Part shown: in pieces, positions 62,859 through 64,000 of the stretch | How the letters are laid out: each line of letters begins with the position of its first letter | Numbering within the stretch: position 1 is the stretch's first letter | Source: Blastocystis sp. subtype 4 | Taxonomy: Eukaryota | Length of the DNA stretch: 64,000 nucleotides | Direction of reading: 5' to 3' | NCBI RefSeq assembly: GCF_000743755.1 | Contig: NW_014569525.1 | Coordinates: 1-64,000 of the forward strand | Position numbers and translations under genes: made by a program | Notes under the pieces: model-generated | Seen by the model: the letters and a program-made list of their open reading frames with translations, nothing else | What the model was told of the DNA's origin: nothing | Databases searched by the model: none

Positions 62859-64000
62859 ATGAATGACAATCTCCTTATGTGCAAATCTGCAACTGATTTG
62901 GTCTGTAAACTGAAATCATATTATCAGAATGTTAAACAGAATCCATCAGTACGTGATGGAGGATAAGATATGAAAATTAGATGGATGATTGTACAATTAA
63001 TGAGGCAGTAGCACTGATGATCGAGTTGTATGGAAGGTCCGATTATGAGGATTGTCAAGGATATTCTTACTTGAACGCCATTCTTTTCCTTTTAATTCGC
63101 CAGAATGTGACTGCGTGTGTTAGTTTCGAACGTGATGCAATTCATCAACTTCAAGACTACTTGTTTGTGATTGTGAATCAATCTGTTTGTCCATCTGTAT
63201 GATAGATTTGTGTTCTTACCTTCTAGTTGCTGGATTCGAGTTTGCGATTGTTAGCCATCTTGTATCTGGAAAATACATTGAATTCTGAAGAAAAGAAGAG
63301 TGTTGAGAAGATCATCGAGGTACAAAAACATACTGAGCTCCTTTCTGTTCTTCGGAAAGTTCATTCTCAACAGACAATCCTTCTTTGGATGACTTTCGCA
63401 GGTATCCTTCTAGCTATATTGTTTGCTCCCATTCTTATCGTCTACCGCATCCTCTTGATTTTGGGTATTATTCCTTGTTTGGCAGTATCCTACTATCTAT
63501 ATTCACGCTCATTAATCCGTCAGTTGCAACGTTCGATATCCGAAGGAACGATAGATACATGTCCTGGGAACCACACAAAGTTGCCTGCTCTTCTTGCAGA
63601 GACAACAACCAAGTATCAGCAATTCCTTATCACTAAGGATGTTCCTGCAAAGGTTCAAGTGGGAGAGGTCATTATGAATGAGGGTTGTGATGCTTAGAGA
63701 ATTTTCAACAGTGGTACAGAAGCAATCCAGACCCTAACGAGTGAGATTGAAGCACGGATAAAGGGTGAGGTCACTAAAACAACGAATCCGATACAACCTC
63801 AACAAGAAGAGATTCCCATCGATTCGCTTTTGACTCCGATGGAGATGGAAATGAAACAACGAATTAAGGATATCCAAAACCAGCCATTCCCGGTTTCTGC
63901 ATCCCTTCGTAATGATTTGGTCGAGTTGATTCAGATTCTGGAGAAGAATGGTAAGAACCCAGAATTGCTGAAGAAGACTAAAGAGGACCTGGCTTTCTTT
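62859..64000 (+). CDS. Hypothetical membrane protein (two TM helices), truncated by the window edge
   Basis: Exons 62859-62948, 62981-, 63227- and 63698- are linked by ~30-nt GT-AG introns; hydrophobic hairpin in ORF 63227-63697. Confidence 0.55.

Noticed and set aside
25422..63410. Other RTATCCTT matches (25422, 26799 rev, 53342 rev, 54142, 63402)
   Set aside because: They lie inside continuous exon frames or on the non-coding strand, with no matching branch site or acceptor.
1..64000. Many short same-strand ORF fragments suggesting pseudogenes or an alternative genetic code
   Set aside because: The breaks are consistently explained by ~30-nt GT-AG introns. TAA, TAG and TGA all serve as ordinary stops.

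Overview
Gene-dense eukaryotic nuclear DNA, not prokaryotic. About 33 protein-coding genes are broken by very short (mostly 30-33 nt) GT-AG introns, intergenic gaps are often only tens of bases, and there is one tRNA-Lys(CTT). These traits and a recurrent TGTTTGTT element at gene ends point to the gut stramenopile Blastocystis (inference). Recognisable genes: Ulp1/SENP, mS38, a topoisomerase II with an organelle-type presequence, ELP4, OST48/WBP1, LSM12, TRM5, an ACC-synthase-like aminotransferase, an intronless bacterial-type asparaginase, SRP40, MAD2, Mis18, SLU7, a 2Fe-2S ferredoxin, RPL34, a TBC1D22/Gyp1 RabGAP, Nnf1-like, VPS35, importin-4-like, RSL1D1-like, an AmmeMemoRadiSam radical SAM enzyme, SUA5, CWC22, organellar LeuRS and a PHD protein. 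Main signals: (1) 11 genes have no genomic stop at their apparent natural end and instead place an in-frame T or TA exactly 4 nt before TGTTTGTT or a variant, so poly(A) would complete UAA; in 3 more the predicted cut falls inside the genomic stop; (2) convergent gene pairs share back-to-back or overlapping inverted copies of this element; (3) two tiny AT-AC U12-type introns (42 and 48 nt); (4) prokaryote-like genes of probable lateral origin. Exon structures were spliced by eye, so coordinates are gene spans including introns and some start codons are approximate.
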